Source: a virus. From it: a stretch of DNA of 64,000 nt. Each line of letters begins with the position of its first letter. Position 1 is the stretch's first letter. The notes beneath the pieces were generated by a model that made no database searches, had not been told where the DNA came from, and saw only the letters and a list, made by a program, of their open reading frames with translations. Where the stretch lies: IMG/VR virus record IMGVR_UViG_3300031753_000004, positions 8,097-72,096 of that record. One strand, written 5' to 3'. Below are positions 18,908 to 27,615 of this stretch, one piece after another. A program made the translations under genes and the position numbers.

Positions 18908-19794
18908 CTTCTCACCTCATTTTTGGCTCTTCGTTCGTCTTCATATGGGTTGTCCGGCAGTTCAGGATTCATTCCGTCGAACAAGTAGTAGGTTCTTATC
19001 TTCCCGTCTGGCATTTTCTCTGCTCGAACAGGAGAGCGTTTGTATCCCCACTTCGGGAACTTCTCCAAGTCGGCCTTTGTGTTCTGTGTTACAGCAGCGG
19101 TGTGCTCGTCCGTGAATCGATGCGGATGCCCGTCTTTCTCGTAATTGTGCTTTAAGATCGCGTCGGCATAGATGCCGTTGGGCATGTACCACCATTGCCA
19201 GGACGCGAGGCCGTGCCATCCAGAGCAGCCGCTTCGGTAGTAATCATGGAAGCCAGTCGCGCCATACTTGCACGTCGCTCCGAAGGCACGGCATTCCTTC
19301 GCTGCGAGCAGCCAGACCCACCGTTCAACTAGCTGGCGCTTCCGCTCTTCGTTCTCATTCAGCGGTTGATGCCAGTCCTCTCTCTCTGCCGTCCGCCTGT
19401 CTTCCATGTGGGGAACGACAGCCACGGCATGGACAACCAACGTCGTGCGCCCGTCTTTCTCGAGAATGTACTCCGTCCTGATCCCGGCATCGGCGTACCC
19501 AGGCGAGCCATGCTTAATGGCTAGGTCTATTTGCTCCCGGTCACTTTCGTGGATGGGGTCAGGGAAAGGCACTTTTTTGATCGGCTCGCACGTCATCTCT
19601 ACCTTGTGCTTCCCGTCCTTGGACTGGAGGATGATCTTCTTGCCTGGCTTGATCTCGACCGGACCTGAGACGCCATCTTTGTCCAGCTTGTGAACTTCCG
19701 GCTCTTGTCGAGCGGCCATAAGAATGAGAATCTGCAACCCAACTCCGGGCGCGCCGATCAAAGCAAATAGTAGAACAATCAGCCACTTCATCAC
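18904..19794 (-). CDS. Membrane-anchored/secreted hypothetical protein
   Basis: N-terminal hydrophobic segment, 296 aa. Confidence 0.5.
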   Translation of the reverse strand: MMKWLIVLLFALIGAPGVGLQILILMAARQEPEVHKLDKDGVSGPVEIKPGKKIILQSKDGKHKVEMTCEPIKKVPFPDPIHESDREQIDLAIKHGSPGYADAGIRTEYILEKDGRTTLVVHAVAVVPHMEDRRTAEREDWHQPLNENEERKRQLVERWVWLLAAKECRAFGATCKYGATGFHDYYRSGCSGWHGLASWQWWYMPNGIYADAILKHNYEKDGHPHRFTDEHTAAVTQNTKADLEKFPKWGYKRSPVRAEKMPDGKIRTYYLFDGMNPELPDNPYEDERRAKNEVRR

Positions 19795-19833
19795 GTCAAC
19801 CTTCTTTCTGCCTCTTCAGTCCGTGACTCGGAT

Positions 19834-20148
19834 CTATCTCCTGTGTCCGCCCCACCCGATGCTTAACCCAACTCCGGGGCTGTAACCGTATGGGTAGGTG
19901 TAGCCGGGGTAGTAGTACGGGGCTGGTGCCGGGACGACCGGGGCAACCGGAGCAACGTATGGAGTCGTCGGGTACGGGTAGTAGTAGGGGTAAGGGTTGT
20001 AATAGCCGTAATACGGCTGGGCATAGTAGGGGCGGTATCCCCATCCTCCGCCCACTCCAAGGCTGAAGCCTCCACGCCAATGGTCACGGTCATCCACCTT
20101 CGTCGTGCAAGGCACCGAGAGGGCGATCAGCAGAGCTAGTGCGTTCAT
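19834..20148 (-). CDS. Secreted Tyr/Pro/Gly-rich small protein
   Basis: Signal peptide MNALALLIALS; YYPYP-rich body. Confidence 0.55.
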   Translation of the reverse strand: MNALALLIALSVPCTTKVDDRDHWRGGFSLGVGGGWGYRPYYAQPYYGYYNPYPYYYPYPTTPYVAPVAPVVPAPAPYYYPGYTYPYGYSPGVGLSIGWGGHRR

Positions 20149-20492
20149 GTCTTCACCGTTACTTGGGCCGTGGCTGGGACGTTGCTCAAGGCAGCCGTCT
20201 TGTGTAACGTCCGTGACTTGGTGTAGTTCACGATAGTCCAGGCAGAAGCCGCCACCGCTATGGCTGCCACGACAAGGTTAGTGATGGCACCGTAGAGGGT
20301 AGAGGCGTCGGCCGGCTTCACTATCCCGGTCGAGAGCATGATGCTCATACCCACCTTGAGGAACGTCAGCCAGGTCTCGCTCGGTATGCCAGTCTTGGCA
20401 CCGATCCAGGTCTGCACGTCGGCAGGGGTCTCTACCACGGTTGGCGTCGGATCGGTCGCCACTATCGTCCCTCCAGTTGCCTCTGCACCCAT
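20145..20492 (-). CDS. Holin-like two-TM protein
   Basis: KTGIPSETWLT, two TM segments, NYTKSRT; true start may be GTG at 20462. Confidence 0.45.
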   Translation of the reverse strand: MGAEATGGTIVATDPTPTVVETPADVQTWIGAKTGIPSETWLTFLKVGMSIMLSTGIVKPADASTLYGAITNLVVAAIAVAASAWTIVNYTKSRTLHKTAALSNVPATAQVTVKT

Positions 20493-21094
20493 GCGGGCGG
20501 AGGCCAGCTTACCGGGGGCTTCATGCCTCCAGCCGATGGGCCGGAAGGAGGCGCGCCACCAGCGGCCGGCGGAGTCACCGGCGGATTAGTTCCCGGTCCC
20601 GGAGCCGGAGGGTTAGGATTCACCACCGGAGGCGGAACGACAGGCGGCGTCGGCTTCATAGTCGGTGGCCCGACCAGTATCGTCAGCGGGAACATATCAC
20701 TCGGCACGGTCAGGACGGTGCCCGTATCTCCGTGGGTCATGTTGATACCGGCTGGCGGCGGCCACGTGGCGTGCTGCTTACGAGCCTGTTCCAGCCACTT
20801 CTTGCCATCGCAGCACTGGCAGTCCTTACAGGTGCATCCCGGCCCGCATGGACAGTCGGGGCAGCACTGGCCTACCTCCCTGCTCTCCCTCACCGCCGGC
20901 ACAGGCTTATCCGGGCTAGTGTCAATTCTCGGCGCATGCGGAACGTAGTACCTCGGCGGTTGCTGCGCCCTGGTGCAACTCACGAGGTACAGGAAGCACG
21001 CCACGACGAACCCGGCTGTCAAGAAGCTCCACCACGGACTCCACTTGCGGTTCATACTCTTCTCCTGCCCCGTATAGGGGCGGTTAGTGTTCAC
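20462..21094 (-). CDS. Secreted/membrane protein with metallothionein-like Cys cluster and Pro-rich tail
   Basis: TM segment then CCPDCPCGPGCTCKDCQCC. Confidence 0.55.
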   Translation of the reverse strand: MNTNRPYTGQEKSMNRKWSPWWSFLTAGFVVACFLYLVSCTRAQQPPRYYVPHAPRIDTSPDKPVPAVRESREVGQCCPDCPCGPGCTCKDCQCCDGKKWLEQARKQHATWPPPAGINMTHGDTGTVLTVPSDMFPLTILVGPPTMKPTPPVVPPPVVNPNPPAPGPGTNPPVTPPAAGGAPPSGPSAGGMKPPVSWPPPAWVQRQLEGR

Positions 21095-21372
21095 GTCACG
21101 ACAATCTGCCCGGTGGTCTCAGCGTTGTGCCCGTCGTGGAATGTCCACGTTCCCGGAGGCACTCCCGTCAAGTCGAAGCTCACGCCGTCATCGGGAGCTA
21201 TGTCCTGCCCGTTGGCATCGGCGTTAATCAGGCTGTCCGGAGATCCGTCATCCCAGACCACCGAATGCACGACGGCGTCGTTGTTCTCCACACCGAGCGG
21301 TGTAGAGGCCCTCACCGGCGTTGACTTCGGAGAGATGCTCCCCTCGGAAGTGAACTCGATCACCTTTGCCAT
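21091..21372 (-). CDS. Small cupredoxin-like beta protein
   Basis: ATG at 21372 with AGGAG RBS; NNDAVVHSV, PGTWTFHD, GQIVVT. Confidence 0.45.
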   Translation of the reverse strand: MAKVIEFTSEGSISPKSTPVRASTPLGVENNDAVVHSVVWDDGSPDSLINADANGQDIAPDDGVSFDLTGVPPGTWTFHDGHNAETTGQIVVT

Positions 21373-21422
21373 GTCTGGATCTCCTTGAATACCCCGCACG
21401 GGGGCGGTTAGCGTTCTTCACT

Positions 21423-22421
21423 TCAGGTAGGGCACTGCTGCTGCGGAGGGTTGCTGTACCCTCTCTGCGGCTGCACCCGTATCATTCGCTGCCGTGGCTG
21501 CGTCTGCTGGTACTTCTGAAACGGGTCAGGACTTGGCTGGGTAGGAGCAGGACCAGGACCGCCGTTCCCAAGATCGAAATTGTTGCCACGATACAGGTCA
21601 ATGTTTCCACTATCGCCGTATCGGTAGTATCCATCCCCGTACTCCTGACTGGGCGGTAGTTGCTGCTGCTGATGCTCATATATCCACTGATTGATCTGCG
21701 GCTGGTTAGGTGGAGTGGTCTGCGGTTGATAGAGCTGTGCCTGTAGCTGCTGTCCGCTATTCCAGCCGCACCGTTGAAGGAAGCCTTGAATGGCTCGCAC
21801 CGAGCAGTAGATGCCGGGACCGCCGCGAGGATCTTCCTGCTTCGCTAATCGCGGAGGCCCTGCATAAGCGGAACACACGCCGATAAGCTGTCCGGTGTCG
21901 AGGTCAAGTAAATTTCCGCCTGATCGCCCGTGCCACGGAGGTTCCCGAGTGAAAGTAATGGATGGGTCGGAGGCGACCCCCCGACCCATCGGCACTGACG
22001 ACCCAAGGAGCGTGGCTCGGCGAGTAGTCACGGGGAGACGCATTTCGTCATACCCCACAGACACTATGTTTCGGCCTGGAACATATCCAGGAGGAGCGAC
22101 AGGGCACACGTAGGGAAATGGCCCCTGAACCTCTATTAGTGCGATGTCCAGTTTCTTGTCTTGGTAGACCAGGCGTTTCCAAGCCCGTTGATTTGTGCCC
22201 ACAGGCCAACCCTGCGGGACCGGGAAATCCACCTTGAGCGGGGCACTGGTATTGTGCCCATCGAAGCCATGTGCGCATCCGAGAAGGTAGCTGTGCTGGG
22301 CGTCGGTGTAGATGACGGTGGCGGAACACCCCAAGCCGGGTAGGCGCACAACGGCGTCTATCGGCCCGGCCATCGCCACTGACGCGAATAGGAGACTCAG
22401 GATTGCGGCTGTGTAGCGCAT
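21423..22421 (-). CDS. Secreted trypsin-like serine protease; possible selenocysteine readthrough to TAA at 21408
   Basis: Signal peptide MRYTAAILSLLFASVAMA from 22421; triad GCAH, DIALI, GRSGG; Gln/Pro tail ending CPT-TGA. Confidence 0.8.
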   Translation of the reverse strand: MRYTAAILSLLFASVAMAGPIDAVVRLPGLGCSATVIYTDAQHSYLLGCAHGFDGHNTSAPLKVDFPVPQGWPVGTNQRAWKRLVYQDKKLDIALIEVQGPFPYVCPVAPPGYVPGRNIVSVGYDEMRLPVTTRRATLLGSSVPMGRGVASDPSITFTREPPWHGRSGGNLLDLDTGQLIGVCSAYAGPPRLAKQEDPRGGPGIYCSVRAIQGFLQRCGWNSGQQLQAQLYQPQTTPPNQPQINQWIYEHQQQQLPPSQEYGDGYYRYGDSGNIDLYRGNNFDLGNGGPGPAPTQPSPDPFQKYQQTQPRQRMIRVQPQRGYSNPPQQQCPT

Positions 22422-22818
22422 TCGTCCGCTTTCTCCTTCAGGTGAATCCAGAGCATGCCAACCATTGCCGAACTTCCCGCGAAGAAGTAGCCGAGCATCG
22501 CTACCGCGAACCCTCTCCACCATCCGGGCGTCATGTCCTCGCAAACTTCCATTACCCAGCAGCCGACGCCCATCAGGGCCAGTCCACCGTAAGCCATCGA
22601 CCAAAACAGAATTCCGATTGCGAGCAGCACTAGTCGTCCTGGTTGAAGTACACGACAGAAAACGCACAAAGAACCGAGAACAGAACCATTCCCATGAAGA
22701 AAAAGAACTGCCCCCAAGCCGTGTCAGTTCCGCCGACTTTGCTTTGCCCATAACCCACAAGGCCAAAGACAAGGGCCGCGCTTCCGATCAGGCTGGCGAA
22801 TGTGTAAAGCGTATTCAT
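22397..22818 (-). CDS. Two adjacent small two-TM membrane proteins (22630..22818 and 22397..~22630)
   Basis: Strongly hydrophobic translations, abutting ORFs. Confidence 0.45.
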
Positions 22819-23792
22819 TAGCCAAATACTTCCTTTACCTGTCTAACAAGTTCATCCCCGTTTGCCTTGGTGGGGATGAGCATTCCACCTTCGCCGATTT
22901 CGTTCCATGCGTAGTTCAGGACGAGCCCGATATTGGGACTGCCGGCAATGAACTTCTTGGCGGCGAGCAACAGTTCTCGGTACTTCTCCGGCGTAACGGC
23001 GTCGAAGTAACCCTCCGGAGGAATGTCGAGCGGGCGCCTGTCAAAACCGGCGCACACGACAGGCACGTACTTCGCCCCGGTCGCAGCAAAGCTGTCCCAA
23101 TACGGCGGAATCGTAGTGAGTAGGCTGCCGTAGTCGATAGCCACCGTCTCTGTCGGAAGATGCCCGACGCTGGCGTAATCGCCGCACACGAAATCAAAGC
23201 CATCTGCCAGCGCCTGGGGAACGTCGGCTGGATTGGACAGCGTGCCACCCAGAAGCAAGTCGTTGCCCAGCCCAGCCCGATCTCTGAGCACCTGCAAAAA
23301 TACCTTGGCGTTAGCGCCTAACTGAGAATGAAAGTCAGCCGCCGAATCGATAATCAGCACAGGCTTGCCGCCAACACGCAAGTACTGCGGATCGGCAAAG
23401 TAGCTTGCCCAGAGGTCGCAAGTGGTGCTCCAGACGCCTGGGTCTGTAATGATGTAGTTCGGACTACAGACATAGTTGAGGCAGAACTTGAGGCGCGACT
23501 TGTTCGGAGCGGTCAGGAAGAAATTCAGCCCGTTGTTGCTGTTCGCAATGGTGCCGGGGAAGTGTTCGACGCGCGGAGTGGCGTACCAGTCGTACGCGAG
23601 GAAGTCGAGTCCGGCGTCTGCGGCTTGGCCTATCTGCGCGGCCATAATCGCCAGCAGGTCATCGAACCAGCCGACGAGGGGCTCTCGCAATGGAAACTTG
23701 AGCCGCCAGTCTGTGGCACCGTTGAAGTAGTGGGGCGCTCCGAACGCCCGCCACCACCCGCTGAAGTACCAGGCTCCTACCAATGGCCTCAC
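22818..23792 (-). CDS. Glycoside hydrolase, GH99-like TIM barrel
   Basis: Probable GTG start at 23792; GAWYFSGW, GLDFLAYDWY, YFADPQYLRVGGKPVL, AGFDRRP, YAWNEIGEG. Confidence 0.75.
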   Translation of the reverse strand: MRPLVGAWYFSGWWRAFGAPHYFNGATDWRLKFPLREPLVGWFDDLLAIMAAQIGQAADAGLDFLAYDWYATPRVEHFPGTIANSNNGLNFFLTAPNKSRLKFCLNYVCSPNYIITDPGVWSTTCDLWASYFADPQYLRVGGKPVLIIDSAADFHSQLGANAKVFLQVLRDRAGLGNDLLLGGTLSNPADVPQALADGFDFVCGDYASVGHLPTETVAIDYGSLLTTIPPYWDSFAATGAKYVPVVCAGFDRRPLDIPPEGYFDAVTPEKYRELLLAAKKFIAGSPNIGLVLNYAWNEIGEGGMLIPTKANGDELVRQVKEVFG

Positions 23793-24661
23793 TGAAACAA
23801 CTCCATGATGTCGTTTAGGCACTTGGTCTGTGTGCCCTGTGCCTTTTCCGGAAGCACTTGCGGCAGGTTCCTGCCCGGCCCTTGGTCCCAGCTCTCCACT
23901 ACGACATGCTCCGGCATTCCGATGAGATCGCGAATCTGTTTCGCGTTGGCGATAGTTTTGTCGCACCAGTCCTGGCTGTCTGTAGCTGGTCCACCCGGCC
24001 ACATGATGACGCCGCAAGGGATGCTGCGAGCGATGCAATTTGACCGGAGCAAAGGCAGGTCTCGGGCCAGCGCTCCGGCGTAGATCGCGCCGGCCAACTC
24101 CGAGAAGTCGATATCCAGGTGGCAGAAGTCGGGCTTAGCGCCTGCTTGAATGAGTCCGTCAAGCGCCTGCGCGTGCTGAGCCGCCGTCAGCGACGGGTAG
24201 GAAAATGTTAAGCCTACCTGAGTCGCTGGTCGGAACGCCTTGACTGCCTTAACGTAGTCGGCAGTCCTCCCCACGGTAGCGTTGATGTCCAGACCCGACT
24301 GGAGGCCGTCGAATATCGGGCTGTCCATCGAGACAAAGTCGAGCGTTCCGCCGGTACTTTCGACGTGAGAGATCATGGCCTGCGTATCCATGACAGCTTG
24401 CACCTGGTTGGCCATGTACTGCGGCTTCACGACACCAGCATTTACCGCTAGCTTGATTGACCAATCCTTCAGCTTGGCCACCGCTCCGACCGCCGCCAGA
24501 ACGGACCAGGCATTCTTCGCACCCTGCGCCCAGTTCTCCAGCTCCGGCGTCTCCAGCATGATGATGCTCGTGGCGTTCCTCGAGCGCGGCCACTGCACCG
24601 GGTAGGCAAAGAGGTCTGAGACGTTCGCGTTCAAGTTAGGACAGAGCCAAACGGCCTTCAC
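23789..24661 (-). CDS. Putative TIM-barrel (glycoside hydrolase-like) protein
   Basis: FVSMDSP, DFCHLDID, HVVVESW. Confidence 0.45.
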   Translation of the reverse strand: MKAVWLCPNLNANVSDLFAYPVQWPRSRNATSIIMLETPELENWAQGAKNAWSVLAAVGAVAKLKDWSIKLAVNAGVVKPQYMANQVQAVMDTQAMISHVESTGGTLDFVSMDSPIFDGLQSGLDINATVGRTADYVKAVKAFRPATQVGLTFSYPSLTAAQHAQALDGLIQAGAKPDFCHLDIDFSELAGAIYAGALARDLPLLRSNCIARSIPCGVIMWPGGPATDSQDWCDKTIANAKQIRDLIGMPEHVVVESWDQGPGRNLPQVLPEKAQGTQTKCLNDIMELFQ

Positions 24662-24779
24662 TTCTTGGTTCCCTTCCTGACTTTTTTCTTCACCTTCTTT
24701 GGTCGAGGCTTGCTCGTATCGCGCCTCACCCTCATATCAGTCTTGTGGCTGAACACAAAGTCTCCGGTAAACATCATGA

Positions 24780-25079
24780 CTACTCACCGACTATAGGTGA
24801 CTGTGGCCATCCGAAGTGGCCGGTCAGCAGGCCCAGCAGGAAACCGATGAAGAGGAACATGGCGGCTGGTATCCACGGGAACGCTTTCCATAGCCTCTCC
24901 ATCCCTCTGCTAATGCTCGCTTCGTTCCCCCACTTGCGTATCAGCCACCCATCTATCCACCCGATCAGGGCCACGAACAGGAGCAGTGCGGGTATCAGGC
25001 ATACGGCAGCCGCCAGACCTATCGAGGTCGGGGTTATGGCTATCACTTCTCCCACGGCGGATACCTCTCCCCGCCCCAC
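24780..25079 (-). CDS. Small two-TM membrane protein
   Basis: Hydrophobic segments, ASISR, LTGHFGWPQ. Confidence 0.5.
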   Translation of the reverse strand: MGRGEVSAVGEVIAITPTSIGLAAAVCLIPALLLFVALIGWIDGWLIRKWGNEASISRGMERLWKAFPWIPAAMFLFIGFLLGLLTGHFGWPQSPIVGE

Positions 25080-25363
25080 TGATCTCCATTCCTCTCGTAG
25101 TACCCTCCGAACTTAGGGCAGTTGTCGTACCAGCAGGCATAAAGCGCCCCGTCTCGGTAGAGGTAGTAGCAGTGCTTGGACTGCTTGACCCACTTCAAGG
25201 ACGGCTGGTACTGCACCTGTTGGTACTGGTAGCTCTGCATCTGGGGCATGTAGCCCATGCCACCACCGAAGCCGCCCATGCCCATCGAGGACGCACCGCC
25301 CCCGCCGCAAGAGCCGCCGCCTCACCCACTGACCGTCATCGCTAGTAACAGGATCGAGTACAT
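25043..25363 (-). CDS. Secreted Gly-rich protein with in-frame UGA at codon 14 (candidate selenoprotein, otherwise pseudogene)
   Basis: RBS TAGGAG, then ATG 25363 MYSILLLAMTVSG-TGA(25324..25322)-GGGSCGGGGASSMG, continuing in frame with ORF 25043..25285. Confidence 0.55.
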
Positions 25364-25396
25364 TGTTGCTGCTCCTAAACAGAGAAACCTAGCGCG

Positions 25397-25621
25397 TCAA
25401 AGCAGGCTGGCAAGGAACTTGATCGCGAAGATGGCCACCACCACGGCCACACAGATCCAGAAGATGCGAATAACCCAAGGCGGAATGGTATAGCCCAGTA
25501 CACCGAGGATGATGTACATGATGGCGATAATGCCACAAATGATTATCAGAGCGACGATCCATTGAATGAGACCCCAGGTCGCTATTGGTCCAACCGCCTG
25601 CGCTAGCATGAGAGCCGACAT
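25397..25621 (-). CDS. Small two-TM membrane protein (holin-like)
   Basis: Two long hydrophobic helices around TIPPW. Confidence 0.5.
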   Translation of the reverse strand: MSALMLAQAVGPIATWGLIQWIVALIIICGIIAIMYIILGVLGYTIPPWVIRIFWICVAVVVAIFAIKFLASLL

Positions 25622-25628
25622 GGTTCAC

Positions 25629-25976
25629 CTACTTCTTGTAGACCTGGAGAGCAATGGTCAGTGCGCTGAAGATTATCATCAGTACCGCCGCATACGCTGC
25701 CAACCTACTCTTGACCTCCGCTACCGATGTGGCCAGTGCCACATGAGACTTCAGCAGCTCCTCGTACCTCTTGTCCGCGATCCCGGCCACCCTATCCGTC
25801 TCTCTCCTTTGCAGCTCCAGTGCCTTGTCGTTGCTGTCCAGCCTCAGTTCAATACGTTCCCGAATAGCCTCATCTCGGTGCTCCAAGTACTCCCTTACCG
25901 ATACCAGCGAATCGTTCTGGCTTTGGCGAATCCTTCCTGGCTTCCTGTTGACCATACCTATCGTGCTGCACTGCAC
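25629..25976 (-). CDS. Coiled-coil protein with C-terminal TM (XhlA/holin-like)
   Basis: Heptad region then AAYAAVLMIIFSALTIAL. Confidence 0.5.
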   Translation of the reverse strand: MQCSTIGMVNRKPGRIRQSQNDSLVSVREYLEHRDEAIRERIELRLDSNDKALELQRRETDRVAGIADKRYEELLKSHVALATSVAEVKSRLAAYAAVLMIIFSALTIALQVYKK

Positions 25977-25985
25977 AAATCTTGG

Positions 25986-26387
25986 CTAAGCCTTCCGGTA
26001 AAACGCTGCCCACGCAACTAGGGTTCCCACTATCAAGGTGCCCACGGCAATCATCAACCCCACCAACCACTGCTGACCTGCTGTCCTTGCCTCCATACTC
26101 GCCACCCTCGACTCCAACTTCTGCGCCGTGCCGAAAGCCAAGTCAACCTTTTCCGTGAGTGACTTCTGCTGCTCCCTCCAGGTGTCTTGGCTGACGTACT
26201 TCTCGAAATTCTGCTGTGCCCGCGCGTGCTCGTGATTTAGCTCGTTCAGTCGCCTCTCGTACTCCGAAGCCTGAAGGCGCTTCGCGTTTTCAGAGGACTC
26301 GAGCGCCTCCCGGAGAATCTTGACATCGGCCTCCAGGTCCTTGAACTCACGTAGACCTACGTGGTCTCTGGCGCTGTCGTTGGGCAC
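25986..26387 (-). CDS. Coiled-coil protein with C-terminal TM (XhlA/holin-like)
   Basis: EYERRLNELNHEH coil then WLVGLMIAVGTLIVGTLVAWAAF. Confidence 0.55.
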   Translation of the reverse strand: MPNDSARDHVGLREFKDLEADVKILREALESSENAKRLQASEYERRLNELNHEHARAQQNFEKYVSQDTWREQQKSLTEKVDLAFGTAQKLESRVASMEARTAGQQWLVGLMIAVGTLIVGTLVAWAAFYRKA

Positions 26388-26420
26388 GGCCGGGCTCCGC
26401 TGTCCAGTCGATCAGTAGAA

Positions 26421-26492
26421 TGGCTCGGCTGGGATTTGCACCCAGGTTCTCCAGGTTATGGGCCTGGCGAGATACTGCTTCTCCACCGAGCT
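26421..26492 (-). tRNA. tRNA-Met(CAU), initiator-like, atypical
   Basis: AGCTCGG TG GAGA AGCAGTA TCTC G CCAGG CCCATAA CCTGG AGAAC CTGGG TGCAAAT CCCAG CCGAGCC A; cloverleaf with 1:72 mismatch; no encoded CCA. Confidence 0.8.
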
Positions 26493-26513
26493 GTCACTAA
26501 GAAGGGGGCTGGT

Positions 26514-26972
26514 CTACGCAGCCGGGCTAGGTTGCCTCGCTGTTTTCAGGATGCGGAGGATATCGTCCTTCTTGCTGGCCCCCTTCAGGTCGATCTCCTC
26601 TTCCTCTGCATGGGCGATGAGTTGCGGAATGTTCATCTTCTCCAGCGGATAGGGCTCGGGCGCGCTCTGGAACTGCTGCCCCTGCCCCTCGTGTACCCGC
26701 TCGAACTTGCGGCTGCCGGCTCCGTGGTTGTGCCGCTGCTCCATGTCAACGTCCGACTGGATCAAGTCCCCGTCGTAGTCCGGCGGGTCGAGTGGAGTAC
26801 GGGCTCGATAGACGTGGTTAGTACCTCGCACGGGCTTGCCCGCTATGTCCACCGTCTGCTCGCAGTTGGGACATTCGCACCCATCCGGCCCCTTGCCGAA
26901 GTGGAGACCTATGAGTACCCGAAAGAGCCCGCCCTGCTCCGCCTGCTTCTTCGATTTGTACGCCGTAGCCAT
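26514..26972 (-). CDS. Protein with C-terminal Rho-N/HeH-like domain
   Basis: Start MATAYK at 26972; LEKMNIPQLIAHAEEEEIDLKGASKKDDILRIL; typical post-capsid position. Confidence 0.6.
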   Translation of the reverse strand: MATAYKSKKQAEQGGLFRVLIGLHFGKGPDGCECPNCEQTVDIAGKPVRGTNHVYRARTPLDPPDYDGDLIQSDVDMEQRHNHGAGSRKFERVHEGQGQQFQSAPEPYPLEKMNIPQLIAHAEEEEIDLKGASKKDDILRILKTARQPSPAA

Positions 26973-26985
26973 CTGCTGCTCCTGT

Positions 26986-27210
26986 CTAGCTGGACTTTGC
27001 CAACTGGGTCTCAGTGGCACTGAAAGAGTGCTTGCCGTCTATGCTCATGCACCTGTACTTGCTGTTGACCGATGCCGTCGCGATGCTGTCCACGTAGCAC
27101 TTGGCCCCGGTCTGTGTATTGCCGCCGCCGTGGTTGTAGGTCAGCGCGGCATAATCGGGGTGATTGGTGTCGATCACCTTGAGTATGTCGCTAGGTTTGA
27201 ACAGAGCCAT
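26986..27210 (-). CDS. Small SH3/KOW-like protein, paralogue of 27224..27556
   Basis: FKPSDILKVIDTNHP...YRCMSIDGKHSFSATETQL. Confidence 0.55.
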   Translation of the reverse strand: MALFKPSDILKVIDTNHPDYAALTYNHGGGNTQTGAKCYVDSIATASVNSKYRCMSIDGKHSFSATETQLAKSS

Positions 27211-27223
27211 CGGCCTACCCCAT

Positions 27224-27556
27224 CTACTTCTTCGGGAACCCCGGATTGGCCGGCTTGGGTGGCTCCTTCGCCTTGGCCGGCTTGTTCATCTGTCCCGCCC
27301 GAGACGGACCAGTCGCCGGCGTCACCTTCGGTATTGCGGTCAGTTGCCCCTCGGTGGCGTTGAAAGAATGCTTTCCGTCTGGGCTGATACAGGAGTAGAC
27401 CAGCTCGCCGTCTACTTCCCGGCTGTACTCGACCGTGCAGTCTCCCGCCAGCGGAGCGGTGTTTAGCTCCTCATGGAGTGGATGCTCCTTGTCGGTCAGC
27501 TTCACCGCATCCCCGTTCTTGAACGCCGGTGTCTTTGCGGCCTTATCGTCTGCCAT
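27224..27556 (-). CDS. Small SH3/KOW-like protein with Pro/Lys tail
   Basis: FKNGDAVKLTDKEHP...YSCISPDGKHSFNATEGQL. Confidence 0.55.
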   Translation of the reverse strand: MADDKAAKTPAFKNGDAVKLTDKEHPLHEELNTAPLAGDCTVEYSREVDGELVYSCISPDGKHSFNATEGQLTAIPKVTPATGPSRAGQMNKPAKAKEPPKPANPGFPKK

Positions 27557-27615
27557 CTGTGGGTCTCCTTATTCGGCAAGCGTGGAAACACTTCATATGA
27601 ACGTATCAGTATGTG

